Shown one piece after another: positions 29,750-39,887 of a stretch of DNA of 64,000 bases. Under the pieces are notes generated by a model, which had not been told where the DNA came from, did not search any database, and saw only the letters and a list, made by a program, of their open reading frames with translations. Origin of the DNA: Spirochaetia bacterium. GTDB taxonomy: Bacteria; Spirochaetota; Spirochaetia; SZUA-6; Bin103. The translations under genes were made by a program, and so were the position numbers. Positions within the stretch are counted from its first letter, which is position 1, and each line of letters begins with the position of its first letter. The stretch lies in NCBI GenBank assembly GCA_965203905.1, contig CBDBDQ010000005.1, positions 4,064,001-4,128,000 on the forward strand, in the 5' to 3' direction.

Positions 29750-29938
29750 TCAGGTAGAAGGCAGGAGCTGCAGCAGACCCTGCTCGATCAGGGTCCGGAA
29801 GTGCAGCACCGTGGTCGCCGCCAGCGTGCGATCGCGCGCCAGGAGTCCCAGCTCGATGTTGCGATCGAACGCCGCCTCGGTCAGGTTCGCGGACGTGATG
29901 AACACCGCCTCGTCGTCTGCCACCACCGCCTTGGCGTG
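29750..29938 (-). pseudogene. drmC: 3' remnant of DISARM phospholipase D gene (relic 1)
   Basis: HAKAVVADDEAVFITSANLTEAAFDRNIELGLLARDRTLAATTVLHFRTLIEQGLLQLLPST is almost identical to the C-terminus of 45008..45787. Confidence 0.9.
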
Positions 29939-30117
29939 CGATTCTTGCTGCCGTAGCGGGTGGTCCACTCGGCGTCGTATGTCGGAGAGCCGGGCGGCAG
30001 GCTCTCGGCGAACTCCTTCCTGACCCGCTCGGCATCCTGCTTCGCCGCGTCCAGCGCCGCCTGGAGCTCGGCGGCACTAAGCTCATCCTGCCACGCATAC
30101 ACGCTCGGCCAGCTCAT
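29939..30117 (-). pseudogene. MSWPSVYAW-family small gene, copy D (3'-truncated, joined to the drmC remnant)
   Basis: First 60 aa match 51639..52007 up to TRYGSKNR, then the sequence switches to drmC out of frame. Confidence 0.9.
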
Positions 30118-30124
30118 GTTCCTC

Positions 30125-30153
30125 AGCCTACCGGGCTATGCCGTTCCTCTCAA
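30125..30153 (-). promoter_or_regulatory. sigma70-type promoter of copy D, leaderless geometry
   Basis: Minus strand TTGAGA-17-TAGGCT-GAGGAAC-ATG. Confidence 0.7.
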
Positions 30154-30205
30154 GCTCAGATGGCGCGTTCGTTCTTCTTGGCTGTCTTGTCCGGTGTTCG
30201 TGGAA

Positions 30206-30496
30206 TCATCGCCAAGCCCGTATACACGCTTGGAGTCGTCGTCCGTTCAAGGCCCCGCGCGCGTCCCTCAGGCGAGACATTTGTGGATCGGATAGCGGTC
30301 TGGGGCGCCCGGTAACGGTGACGACGTAGACAGCCCAGTTATCGACCTTAGTGCCGACAAGCCGTCTGCGAAGGTCCGCAATGGCGGCGTCTGCCGCTTC
30401 GCCGGGGTAGTCGCGTCTGTCGAAGTCGTCACCGTCAAGATCGAGCACCACCGAGAACACGAAAGTCAGTCGGTCCTCGCTGCCGTATCGGCTCAC
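30206..30496 (-). pseudogene. MSWPSVYAW-family small gene, copy E (5'-truncated)
   Basis: RYGSEDRLTFVFSVVLDLDGDDFDRRDYPGEAA...LVGTKVDNWAVYVVTVTGRPR matches the C-terminal half of the family; downstream DNA resembles 52008-52190. Confidence 0.85.
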
Positions 30497-30499
30497 GGT

Positions 30500-31459
30500 C
30501 GCGCGGCGGATGAAGGGCAGTTTCCTCGATCAGATGGTGCAAACCCTCAAGCACGAAGCGCTCGATCTCGGAAACGAACGTCCAGGGATGCACCTTCGTA
30601 ATCCCTGCTACGGTATTGATCGCTATAGGTAGTCCCTGCTCCCTGCGCCAGCGCAGGACTCGGCTTGTCACGCCGAGAATCCGCAAGAGGTCGCTCTTCG
30701 CTCGAGTTCCGCGGCTGTGGCAATCCTCTCCGCCATGACCCAGACGGTTTGCAGTCCATCTATTACGGTCTCTTCGGTCGCCGACGCGATCGTATCTTCG
30801 ATGCGCTGCAGGAGCTCGCTGCGTCGCTCCGGAACCAAGTGTACGTAGGCGCTTTCAAGGCGGAGAGCTGCAACCCATGTTCCGGCAACTCGCGCTACGC
30901 GCTCCAAGGCATCTCGCGTGTCGCCTCCATCGATCGGGTTGAATGAAGGGGAGATCACCGCCACGAGGGTATCCACCAAGTCCGAGAATCTCTGCCTGAG
31001 TGCCTCGGTAATCGACCCTATTGGGTCGGGGTCGTGCGCGTCCTTGATGTGTTTTTTGTCGGCGTCCCACCATGCTACAAGGGCGATGCACGATCGTATC
31101 GGCTTCTTCGGAGGACCACGTAGCAGTTCCGCTGGCTCCGACAATCTCATTGCAAGGAGTGTGACCGCCATCCACCTCGACACTAATCGACTTACGTCCG
31201 GCCTGCACGGGGAGCCGCGCGTTGAGAACCCACTTCTCGAATATCGATACCGGATCATGCCGCGCCGGTGAGGTAGCGTCAGGAACCCGAATCGAAAAAA
31301 GTCCGTGTCCGACGGCATCTCTGCATCGTCCAAGCGATCCCACAGAGCATCGGCGAATTGGTCCGTCCACTGACCGAGAAGCCCCCACTCGTGTAGCTTT
31401 CGAAGCGTAAGCACTGCCCAGGTTACCGAATCCTGCCGCCATCCTGTGAATTCCCCCAC
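30500..31459 (-). pseudogene. frameshifted fragment of a large helical protein, possibly the C-terminus of a SIR2/Dsr1-type defence protein
   Basis: Two overlapping frames (30668..31459 and 30435..30686), lower GC; FADALW...PSDTDFFRFGFLTLPH resembles from memory the C-terminal region of Dsr1-like sirtuins; no SIR2 domain present. Confidence 0.35.
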
Positions 31460-31498
31460 CTGGTGTCAACCACGCGACATGCGAGCGCCGGCAACGGC

Positions 31499-31527
31499 TT
31501 GACACACCCCGACGTGTCCTTTAGGTT
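31499..31527 (+). promoter_or_regulatory. promoter of the ABC transporter operon
   Basis: TTGACA-17-TAGGTT, 12 nt before ATG 31540. Confidence 0.65.
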
Positions 31528-31539
31528 GTGGCATTATTC

Positions 31540-32526
31540 ATGGCGAAGTTCATCGTCCGTCGCGTTCTGTACATGATTCCCACGCTGATTGCAGTGTCCA
31601 TGCTGTCGTTCCTGATCATACAGGCGCCGGCCGGGGATTACGCCGATACCTACGTCGAGGGGCTGCGGCGGCTGGGTCAGGTCATGGAACAGGGCCAGAT
31701 AGATGCGCTTCGTGATCTCTACGGCTTGAACGACCCGATACATGTTCAGTACCTGAAGTGGGCCTCAGCCCTCCTCCGCGGCGATCTTGGGCGGTCGTTT
31801 GCCTGGAACCAGCCGGTCAAGACCCTGTTATTGGAACGCCTGCCGTGGACGATCTTGATCTCGTTGTGCTCCTTGCTGGTCGTGTACATGATCGCCATTC
31901 CGATCGGCACGGCCTCTGCAGTCAATCAATATTCGGTTCAGGACTACGTCTTTACAACCATCGGCTTCATCGGATTGGCGGTGCCAAACTTCCTCTTTGC
32001 CCTGATCTTCCTGTGGCTGTTCTTCCTGTGGACCGGGAATGCGGCGGTCGGTCTCTTCTCCAGAGAGTATCTCACCGCCCCCTGGAGCATTGGGAAGTTC
32101 CTGGACCTGCTGTCGCATCTGTGGATCCCGGCGCTCATCGTCGGCACCGCCGGAACCGCCAGCCTCATTCGTATCATGCGCGCCAACATGCTCGATGAGC
32201 TGCAGAAGCCGTACGTCATGGTCGCTCGCGCCAAGGGTCTGACCGAGCGCCGGCTGCTGTACAAATACCCGTTTCGAGCCGCCGTGAATCCGGTGGTAAG
32301 CACGATCGGCTACACCCTCCCAGAGCTGATCAACGGCGCTCTGCTGACCTCGATCGTATTGGGGCTTCCCACCATCGCGCCGGTCTTGCTCTCCGCGCTC
32401 CTTAGCCAGGACATGTACATGGCCGGCAGCATCATCTTCGTCTTGAGTGGGCTCACCGTCGTCGGCACCTTGATTTCTGACATTCTTCTTGCCTGGCTCG
32501 ACCCCCGCATTCGTGAGGCCGTTTGA
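31540..32526 (+). CDS. DppB/OppB-family ABC permease
   Basis: RRVLYMIPTL, GDLGRSF, RIMRANMLDELQKPYVMVARAKGL, LDPRIR. Confidence 0.93.
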   Translation: MAKFIVRRVLYMIPTLIAVSMLSFLIIQAPAGDYADTYVEGLRRLGQVMEQGQIDALRDLYGLNDPIHVQYLKWASALLRGDLGRSFAWNQPVKTLLLERLPWTILISLCSLLVVYMIAIPIGTASAVNQYSVQDYVFTTIGFIGLAVPNFLFALIFLWLFFLWTGNAAVGLFSREYLTAPWSIGKFLDLLSHLWIPALIVGTAGTASLIRIMRANMLDELQKPYVMVARAKGLTERRLLYKYPFRAAVNPVVSTIGYTLPELINGALLTSIVLGLPTIAPVLLSALLSQDMYMAGSIIFVLSGLTVVGTLISDILLAWLDPRIREAV

Positions 32527-32529
32527 ACG

Positions 32530-33660
32530 ATGGCGCAATCGGTTCAGCCTACCGAAGCTGCGGCGCCCGCCGAGGAGCGGTTGTTTGTCGCCTCGCAATG
32601 GCAGTTGATTCGGTGGAAATTTGCCCGCCACCGTGTGGCTGTGGCGGCCCTGATCGTGCTCAGCATCTTCTACCTGGCGGCATTTCTTGCGGAGTTTGTG
32701 GCCCCGTATGACCCCCGCCTCCATGACGTCGACCGGGTCTTGCAGCCGCCGCAACGGCTGCGTTTTGTGGATTCCAATGGCCGTATTCACCTGGTGCCGT
32801 TTGTCTACGGCCTGAAGCAGAAGATCAACCCGGTCACCTTCGGCAAAGAGTACTCGGCTGACGAGCAGCAGCGCTACCCTCTGGCGCTGTTCGTGCGGGG
32901 CGATCGGTATCGCTTGTGGGGGCTTTTTGAAAGCGACCTCCATCTGTTTGGCTTTGTCGGCGGGCGCGGATATGTTTTCGGCGCCGATTCGCTTGGGAGA
33001 GATCTCATTTCGCGCATCATTCACGGCAGCCGGATTTCCCTCACCGTTGGGCTGGTTGGGATTGCGGTGAGCTTCGTGCTGGGCATTGTGCTGGGAGGCA
33101 TCTCCGGCTATTTCGGCGGTCCGGCCGATGTTCTGATTCAACGCGCCATCGAGTTTCTCCGCTCCATTCCGACGCTGCCGCTGTGGATGGGGTTAAGCGC
33201 TGCCCTCCCGCCCCATTGGAGCGTGGAAAAGCTCTACTTCGCGATCGTCGTGATCCTTTCGTTTGTCGGCTGGACATCGCTGGCTCGGGTGGTGCGGGGC
33301 AAGTTCCTTTCGGTGCGGGAAGAGGAGTTCGTGCTGGCGGCTCAGGTCCACGTTGCCGGGCGCGGCTACATCATTCTCAGACACCTGCTGCCGTCGTTGT
33401 ACAGCTACATCATTGCCTCCCTCACACTGTCGGTTCCCGGAATGATTCTCGGAGAGACCGCCCTCAGCTTCATCGGGCTCGGCATGCGAACGCCGGCCAT
33501 CAGCTGGGGCGTGCTGCTGAAAGACGCGCAGGCAATCCGGGTGATGGCCAGCGCCCCGTGGCTGCTGATCCCGGCGCTCTTTGTCATCGTTTCTATCTTG
33601 GCGTTCAACTTTCTTGGGGATGGGATTCGCGACGCGGCTGATCCCTACGCGACCGTCTGA
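32530..33660 (+). CDS. DppC/OppC-family ABC permease
   Basis: GADSLGRDLISRIIHGSRISL, ARVVRGKFLSVREEEFV, SWGVLL, FNFLGDGIRDAADP. Confidence 0.93.
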   Translation: MAQSVQPTEAAAPAEERLFVASQWQLIRWKFARHRVAVAALIVLSIFYLAAFLAEFVAPYDPRLHDVDRVLQPPQRLRFVDSNGRIHLVPFVYGLKQKINPVTFGKEYSADEQQRYPLALFVRGDRYRLWGLFESDLHLFGFVGGRGYVFGADSLGRDLISRIIHGSRISLTVGLVGIAVSFVLGIVLGGISGYFGGPADVLIQRAIEFLRSIPTLPLWMGLSAALPPHWSVEKLYFAIVVILSFVGWTSLARVVRGKFLSVREEEFVLAAQVHVAGRGYIILRHLLPSLYSYIIASLTLSVPGMILGETALSFIGLGMRTPAISWGVLLKDAQAIRVMASAPWLLIPALFVIVSILAFNFLGDGIRDAADPYATV

Positions 33661-33689
33661 TGCAAGGAGACTAGGCTCCGCCCGCGGAC

Positions 33690-34715
33690 ATGCTGCTCAG
33701 CGTCGAGAACCTCAAGACCCACTTCTTCTCTCGGGAGGGAACCGTCAGGGCGGTCGACGGCCTCAGTTTCACCCTCGATCACGGCGAGACCCTCGGCATC
33801 GCAGGGGAGAGCGGCTGCGGCAAGAGCGTCACGACCCAATCGATTCTGCGCATTGTTCCGAAGAACGGCGCGATCGTCGACGGTAGCATCGTCTTGGACT
33901 CGCCGAGCCAGGGACGCATCGACCTGGTGACGCTCGACCCCCAGGGGAGCGCCATACGTCAAATTCGCGGCGCCGAGATCGCCATGGTCTTTCAGGAACC
34001 GATGACCTCGTTCTCGGCGATGCACTCGATCGGCAACCAGATCATGGAAGCAATCATGCTGCACCAACGGATGACCAAACGTCAGGCCCGCGAGGAGGCC
34101 ACAGCGATGCTGGCACGGGTGGGTATGCCGCAGCCGGCCCAGCTCATCGACGCCTATTCGTTCAATCTGAGTGGAGGTATGCGCCAGCGCGCCATGATTG
34201 CCATGGCCCTCTCCTGTCGACCCAGGCTGCTGATCGCCGACGAGCCGACGACAGCCGTGGACGTAACGATTCAGGCGCAGGTGCTGGAGCTGATCAAGGA
34301 TCTCCAGCAGGAACTGGAGATGGCGCTCATCATCATCACGCACGACCTGGCGGTCATTGCGGAGCTGGCGAATAAGGTGCTGATCATGTATCTTGGACAA
34401 GAGGTGGAGTCGGCGCCCGTCGACGACATCTTCTACAACCCCAAACACCCCTACACAAGAGGGCTTCTTGCATCGGTGCCGAAATTGGGAGAAGGCGCCA
34501 CCCAGCAGATCTCGGCGATCCGGGGCTCGGTTCCAACGCACGTTGAGCGTGTGAACGGCTGCCTGTTCCATTCGCGCTGTCCGGAGTTCATGCCCGGTGT
34601 ATGCGACACCGCCGCCCCCCACCTGCAGGCGATCGGCGCGGAACATAGCGTCGGCTGTTATCTCTATGGTGGCGGGCGTGACCGACACACCGATAGTATG
34701 ACCGCCGATGGCTAG
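33690..34715 (+). CDS. DppD/OppD-family ABC ATPase
   Basis: [35 protein letters not shown]-terminal Cys cluster. Confidence 0.93.
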   Translation: MLLSVENLKTHFFSREGTVRAVDGLSFTLDHGETLGIAGESGCGKSVTTQSILRIVPKNGAIVDGSIVLDSPSQGRIDLVTLDPQGSAIRQIRGAEIAMVFQEPMTSFSAMHSIGNQIMEAIMLHQRMTKRQAREEATAMLARVGMPQPAQLIDAYSFNLSGGMRQRAMIAMALSCRPRLLIADEPTTAVDVTIQAQVLELIKDLQQELEMALIIITHDLAVIAELANKVLIMYLGQEVESAPVDDIFYNPKHPYTRGLLASVPKLGEGATQQISAIRGSVPTHVERVNGCLFHSRCPEFMPGVCDTAAPHLQAIGAEHSVGCYLYGGGRDRHTDSMTADG

Positions 34716-35754
34716 TCCGCCGACGGCTAACGACAGGCCGCTGCTCGAGGTGAGGAACCTCACGAAGCACTTCGAGCGGACGCGCGGACTGCTGCGCACG
34801 GTCACCGGCACCGTCAAGGCGGTCGACGACGTCAGCTTCTCGGTTCAGGTGGGGGAGACACTTGCGCTGGTAGGCGAGAGCGGCTGCGGCAAGACCACCA
34901 CCGGACGCTGCATCCAGCGGGCGGTGGAGCCGACCTCAGGCGAGGTTCTCTTCGCTGCAGACGGCGCTGATGGGCCCGTGGAGGTTACCTCGCTCGGCCG
35001 GCGCGAGCTCAAAGCGGTTATGACCCAGATGGGAATGATCTTTCAGGACCCCTACTCGTCGCTCAATCCGAGAATGACCATCTTCCAGACCATTGCCGAG
35101 CCGTTCGTTATCCATCGTACCATAACCAGGCGCCGCGAGATGGAGGATCGCGTCTCCGAGCTGCTGAGGATGGTTCGCCTGGACCCGGTGTACATGTCGC
35201 GCTACCCTCACGCATTCAGCGGCGGTCAGCGCCAGCGCATCGCCATCGCCCGCGCCCTTGCCCTCATGCCCAAGTTCATCGTGGCGGACGAGCCGGTATC
35301 CGCGTTGGACGTGTCGGTGCAGGCGCAGATCTTGGAGCTTTTGCAAGAATTGCGGGAGAGCTATGGATTCGCCTATCTGTTCATCGCCCACAACCTCGCG
35401 GTGGTGGAATACTTCAGCGAGACCATCGCGGTCATGTACGTGGGCAAGATCGTCGAGATGACCTCGACGCGAGAGCTGTTCACCCGGCCCAAGCATCCCT
35501 ATACCGAGGCCCTGTTCTCGGCCGTGCCGAAACCCGATCCGCGCTATCGCAAGAAGCGGATCCTGCTCACCGGCGACATCGCCGATCCCGCCGACCCACC
35601 CACGGGCTGCTACTTCCATCCGCGCTGCCGCTTCGCGCAACAGATCTGCAAAGAAGTCGAGCCGCCGCTGGTCGACGTGAGCCAGGATCCGAAGAATCCT
35701 CATTTCGCCTCGTGTCACTTCGCACGCGAGCTCGACTTGACCGGAGTGGCTTGA
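34708..35754 (+). CDS. DppF/OppF-family ABC ATPase
   Basis: GESGCGKTT, FSGGQRQRIAIA, ADEPVSALD, HPYTEAL, GCYFHPRC. Confidence 0.93.
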   Translation: MASPPTANDRPLLEVRNLTKHFERTRGLLRTVTGTVKAVDDVSFSVQVGETLALVGESGCGKTTTGRCIQRAVEPTSGEVLFAADGADGPVEVTSLGRRELKAVMTQMGMIFQDPYSSLNPRMTIFQTIAEPFVIHRTITRRREMEDRVSELLRMVRLDPVYMSRYPHAFSGGQRQRIAIARALALMPKFIVADEPVSALDVSVQAQILELLQELRESYGFAYLFIAHNLAVVEYFSETIAVMYVGKIVEMTSTRELFTRPKHPYTEALFSAVPKPDPRYRKKRILLTGDIADPADPPTGCYFHPRCRFAQQICKEVEPPLVDVSQDPKNPHFASCHFARELDLTGVA

Positions 35755-35844
35755 CACTTTGGACAGAACGCATTAGAAATACCGAACCGGGCCGGTAAGT
35801 CCTCGACCTGGAATCGAGAATATACCCAAGGAGAAACACCGATA

Positions 35845-37803
35845 ATGAAGACCGTTATTAGTGTTGTTGCCCTGACGCTGGTTGCTGCAATGAGCTTTGC
35901 TGCAGCCGCCACCGAAGAGGAAGGCACCGGGGCCGCCGCAGTACGCACGGGAAAATACGGCGAAGCGCCGATGCTGGCAGCGATGGTCGCCAGGGGCGAG
36001 CTGCCCCCGGTTGAGCAGCGCCTGCCCGAAGTGCCGCGGGTGCTTCAGGTCGAAGAGATCGGTACGTACGGCGGCACACTGCAGCAGGTGCGTGCGCTCG
36101 ACGAATCTGACTGGATGGCCTGGACCATGACCAAAGAGCCGCTCACGATCGTATCGCCGGATCTCCTGAGCACGCTGCCCAACGTGGCCCAGGAGTACAG
36201 CGTATCGGCGGACGGCACGACGTTCACCTTCAAGGTCCGCAAGGGCATGCGCTGGAGCGACGGCGAGCCGTTCACCGTCGACGACGTCATGTTCTGGTAC
36301 GAGGATCTGATCAGCAACAGGGAGCTGTATGCCGACCCGATCAGCTGGTTCAAACGCGACGGCGAGCTGTTGGTGGCGCGCAGGGTCGACGACCAGACCT
36401 TCACCTTTGCGTTCAGCAAGCCCAACAGTCCCTTCGTCGACGTAATCGGGACGTGGTGGATGTACTTCGTGCCCCAGTACGCACCCAAGCACTACATGAA
36501 GCAGTTCCATCCCACCTACACCTCGCAGGATAAACTCGATGCCACGTTGAAAGCCGAGGGGTTCGCTACATGGCAGGAGCTGTACCAGGGCAAGGACTGC
36601 GTCGGTCACCCCGCACGCGGAGTCAACGACTCCGCCTGTCCGACGCTTGCCCCGTGGCTGTTCCAGGACCCCAAGACCGCTCCGGTGCAGACGGCGGTGC
36701 GCAACCCGTACTACTGGAAGGTCGATCCGGAGGGCAACCAGTTGCCCTACATCGACCGCCTCGAGCGCCCCTTGATCGCAGACACCGAGGCGTGGCTGCT
36801 CAAGGTCGTCGCCGGTGAAGACGACGTAACGATGCAGGGTGGGTTCTTGAATATCGGGAAGAACTTCACGTTTGTGAAGGAGAACGAGTCTCGTGGTGAC
36901 TACACGGTGAAGCAGTTCACCTGGTGGCAAAGCCAACAGGCTCTCTACTTCAACTTCACCACCTCCGACCCGGTAAAGAGTAAGCTCTACAACGACAAGA
37001 ACTTTCGTATCGCGCTCTCCCATGCGATCGACCGCGACGAGATCAACGGTCTGCTGTATGGCGGTCGCTACCGGCCCACTCAGGTGGCGCCCAATTCGGG
37101 TCCGCCGTACCACGGCGAGCGCGCCATGTTCCAGCAGTTCATCGAGTACGACCCCGACAAGGCCAACCGGCTGCTCGACGAGGTCGGTCTGGCCGCCCGC
37201 GGCAGGGACGGTTTTCGGCTCGATCCCGACGGCAACCCGCTGCGGTTCATCCTGTATCACCCCCCGTGGCCGCCGGACAATTCGGAACTCGGCGAGCTGA
37301 TCAAGGGCCACCTTGCCAAGGTGGGCATCAACCTGGCGGTCAGGGCGCTGGACGACGGAGCGTACAAGGATTTGATGGCTGCGGACAGGGACGACTTGCG
37401 CTTGCGGATCCACTACTACGTCGGTCCGCCGATGGTGCCGATCATGAGCCCAGGCCTCTTCGCCGGCCAGTTCGACCAGGAGCGGCAGTGGTCGGACTGG
37501 CTCAACACAAACGGTGCCGACGGCATCGAGCCGCCGGATGACGTGAAGCGGTTACGCGAGATCCAGAACGAGATTTATGCCGAGCCGGACCCGGCGAAGC
37601 AGTTGGTGCTCTTCGACGAGGCCTTCAAGATCCACACCGACAACCTCTGGCTGATCGGCATCTTGGAGCCGGACACGAGCATCGTGAACAGCTACATCCA
37701 GAGCAACCGGATCGGCAACGTACCCGACCCGACACCGGGGGGGGAGACCATCCCCTCACAGCGGAGCGCGTGGTACATCAAGTACGAGGCCGGTAGTCGA
37801 TAG
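35845..37803 (+). CDS. family 5 ABC substrate-binding protein (oligosaccharide/peptide-type)
   Basis: Signal peptide, GEAPMLAAMVARGELPPVEQRLP, GMRWSDGEPFTVDDV, RNPYYWKVDPEGNQLPYID; RBS AAGGAG. Confidence 0.92.
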   Translation: MKTVISVVALTLVAAMSFAAAATEEEGTGAAAVRTGKYGEAPMLAAMVARGELPPVEQRLPEVPRVLQVEEIGTYGGTLQQVRALDESDWMAWTMTKEPLTIVSPDLLSTLPNVAQEYSVSADGTTFTFKVRKGMRWSDGEPFTVDDVMFWYEDLISNRELYADPISWFKRDGELLVARRVDDQTFTFAFSKPNSPFVDVIGTWWMYFVPQYAPKHYMKQFHPTYTSQDKLDATLKAEGFATWQELYQGKDCVGHPARGVNDSACPTLAPWLFQDPKTAPVQTAVRNPYYWKVDPEGNQLPYIDRLERPLIADTEAWLLKVVAGEDDVTMQGGFLNIGKNFTFVKENESRGDYTVKQFTWWQSQQALYFNFTTSDPVKSKLYNDKNFRIALSHAIDRDEINGLLYGGRYRPTQVAPNSGPPYHGERAMFQQFIEYDPDKANRLLDEVGLAARGRDGFRLDPDGNPLRFILYHPPWPPDNSELGELIKGHLAKVGINLAVRALDDGAYKDLMAADRDDLRLRIHYYVGPPMVPIMSPGLFAGQFDQERQWSDWLNTNGADGIEPPDDVKRLREIQNEIYAEPDPAKQLVLFDEAFKIHTDNLWLIGILEPDTSIVNSYIQSNRIGNVPDPTPGGETIPSQRSAWYIKYEAGSR

Positions 37804-37850
37804 ACAGAGAGGGGAGGTGGCCGCGGCAGCGGCGCTTCCCCTTCCTGTTG
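37803..37850. terminator. possible terminator hairpin between convergent genes
   Basis: Imperfect inverted repeat ACAG-AGAGGGGAG...GCCGC-GGCA-GCGGC...CTTCCCCTT-CCTGT. Confidence 0.45.
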
Positions 37851-37904
37851 CCCGGAACGACGGTTCGAAGCGAGAGACCGGACCACGGTTGGTCCAGCTC
37901 TCGG

Positions 37905-39671
37905 TCAGGCGGGGGTGACGTAGCGACAATCCCAGTCGCCGAGCATCTGCAGAGGGATCACCGGAGCCTCCAGCGGCGGCTCGCCCGCGGCCCGCCAGGC
38001 CTCGATCTCCCGCAGGTGACCCAGGTCCCTGAGCGCACTCCAAACGGGCCCGTAGTTGACCATCGAGCCGACATCCGCCCACCAGAAGAACAGCGCATCC
38101 GCGCCATGCTCTGCCAGCCCCGCGGCGGTGCGCCGCAGCTCGGCTGGTTGCAAGTGCGAAGGATGGAGGCACGGCGCCAACTGACATGCAGTGCCGGCTG
38201 TGAGCGCTGCAAACTGATCCAGCGCACTCGGGTCGCGCCATGCCCGCGCACCATGGTTGAGCGCCGGCAGGTCGGTAAACGGAACCAACGTGTCCACCAG
38301 GCCGCCGGCGATCCACGCCTGCGGGTCCAAGCCGTTTGCCAGGTTCTCTCTCTCCGCACTCATCACGATGGCGGTGATCGGCAGATCGAGCGCCTGCCGC
38401 AGCTCGCGAGTGAACGTCGTCAGCACACCGGCACGGTATCGGAGCCACGTGGGATCATCCGGTTCCAGCTCCCTGGGATCCTTGCCGTGTTGCTCTCGAT
38501 AGCCTTCTACCAACGGAGGCTCGTACTCGAGCACCGGGTGACGGCGGTTGTAGAGCAGGCAAACGCCGTCGATATCGTATGCCGCCATCTCACGAAAGGT
38601 TTCGATCACGTGGCTGCGCACCTCCGGGTACGCGAAGGAGAGCCGCGGGGTCGGATTGCCGGAACGGTCACGGCTGCGCCACTCCGGTTTCTCGCGGTAC
38701 AGCGAATCCCCATGCTCCCAGTAGTCGTGTACCGGTGGCAAGTGAAACCCGCCCAGTCTGTGGCACACGTGGAACTCGAGTCCGATGGCGTGAGTCTGAT
38801 CGCTCGCCACGCGCATGGGGTCATGGCCGCTGGCGCGCCATCGGCGCCAACACGCAGCCTCGTTGCGGGCAACGGAATGCAGAAAATCGTCGCGGCCCGG
38901 AGCTTCTGGCGTGCGATTGCGAGTCTGAAAGTACGAGGAGAGGTCACCCATGGCCCCCTCCCAGTAGATGCGCGTGAAATCGCTTCCCTGGAAGGGCACG
39001 AGATGCCTCTGTAGCTCCTCAGGCGTGTTCGTGCGCGTAAGCCCTAGATCGTTGTGACCATGCAACGAGAGTGCCGGCGCGACGCGTTCCTCTGTGAATA
39101 AGCGAACTTCGCCGTCCGACAAGGGGACGAGCTTGACGTAGGCGACGTTAGCGATAGCACAGCGGGGGATCTCGGCGCCATCGCGGCCCGTCTCCAACCA
39201 GCTCGGCTGACCGAATTCGATCTCGCCGCCGCCAAGTTCAGTGATACGCCAGAAGCACTCAGAAAGCTCCTCACCCCCCGTCCACTGAGGCCAGTCGGCC
39301 ACAGGGTCCTGGGAAGGTGACCTCGTCGGGAGCTGAAGGATCGAGAACACCGGCTCCTCCGCCAGGCGCACGAGCAGTTGCGGCGGGCCGTCTTCACCCA
39401 GGTACCAGTTCTTCAACCGCCACACCCCGATCGAGATCGCATGCCAACCCCGGGCAGGAATTGCGAGCCGCACCGATGGGGCCTGCGTCTCCTGACCGGC
39501 GACAATGGCGGTACCCGATACCAGCTCACTGCGGTAGGGCAGCACGCGCCAGCGACCATGGGCCGCGTCTGCCGCCAGAGCAGACTTGGGCGTGCACCGG
39601 TCCATGCCACTCACGTAGGTGGGTCTACCGCGCAGCCATCGGTCGGCAAACAGGTCGATGGAGGTACTCAT
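37905..39671 (-). CDS. putative glycoside hydrolase-like TIM-barrel protein (GHL10-like)
   Basis: HAIGLEFHVCHR, YREKPEW, RLSFAYPEVR, YDIDGVCLLYNR, WLRYRAGVLT, WIAGGLVD pattern. Confidence 0.6.
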   Translation of the reverse strand: MSTSIDLFADRWLRGRPTYVSGMDRCTPKSALAADAAHGRWRVLPYRSELVSGTAIVAGQETQAPSVRLAIPARGWHAISIGVWRLKNWYLGEDGPPQLLVRLAEEPVFSILQLPTRSPSQDPVADWPQWTGGEELSECFWRITELGGGEIEFGQPSWLETGRDGAEIPRCAIANVAYVKLVPLSDGEVRLFTEERVAPALSLHGHNDLGLTRTNTPEELQRHLVPFQGSDFTRIYWEGAMGDLSSYFQTRNRTPEAPGRDDFLHSVARNEAACWRRWRASGHDPMRVASDQTHAIGLEFHVCHRLGGFHLPPVHDYWEHGDSLYREKPEWRSRDRSGNPTPRLSFAYPEVRSHVIETFREMAAYDIDGVCLLYNRRHPVLEYEPPLVEGYREQHGKDPRELEPDDPTWLRYRAGVLTTFTRELRQALDLPITAIVMSAERENLANGLDPQAWIAGGLVDTLVPFTDLPALNHGARAWRDPSALDQFAALTAGTACQLAPCLHPSHLQPAELRRTAAGLAEHGADALFFWWADVGSMVNYGPVWSALRDLGHLREIEAWRAAGEPPLEAPVIPLQMLGDWDCRYVTPA

Positions 39672-39887
39672 CGTCAGACAGCATATTCCAGGCCCTGGCG
39701 AACCGCAAGGCTGCCAGCACGCGCCAGGACTCGACAACTCCGCAGCCTGGGAATCGCGAGCGAGATGCAACGCAGGTCGACAGAGGAGCAGTGAACTTGA
39801 CCATGCACCCGGAAAGACCTATATGATTCCTGTGGTTGCGAACTACCTGTCAACCTCTTGTTCACGTGGGGAAACGGAGGCAAGACA

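Noticed and set aside
28761-30098. 445-aa extended EpmA fused to defence sequence
   Set aside because: The extension is an off-frame reading of copy D and the drmC remnant; EpmA homology begins near 29747.
31461-31507. GTGTCAA...TTGACAC inverted pair as a mobile-element end
   Set aside because: Only 7 bp with no partner end found; the right half is explained by the -35 box of the ABC operon.
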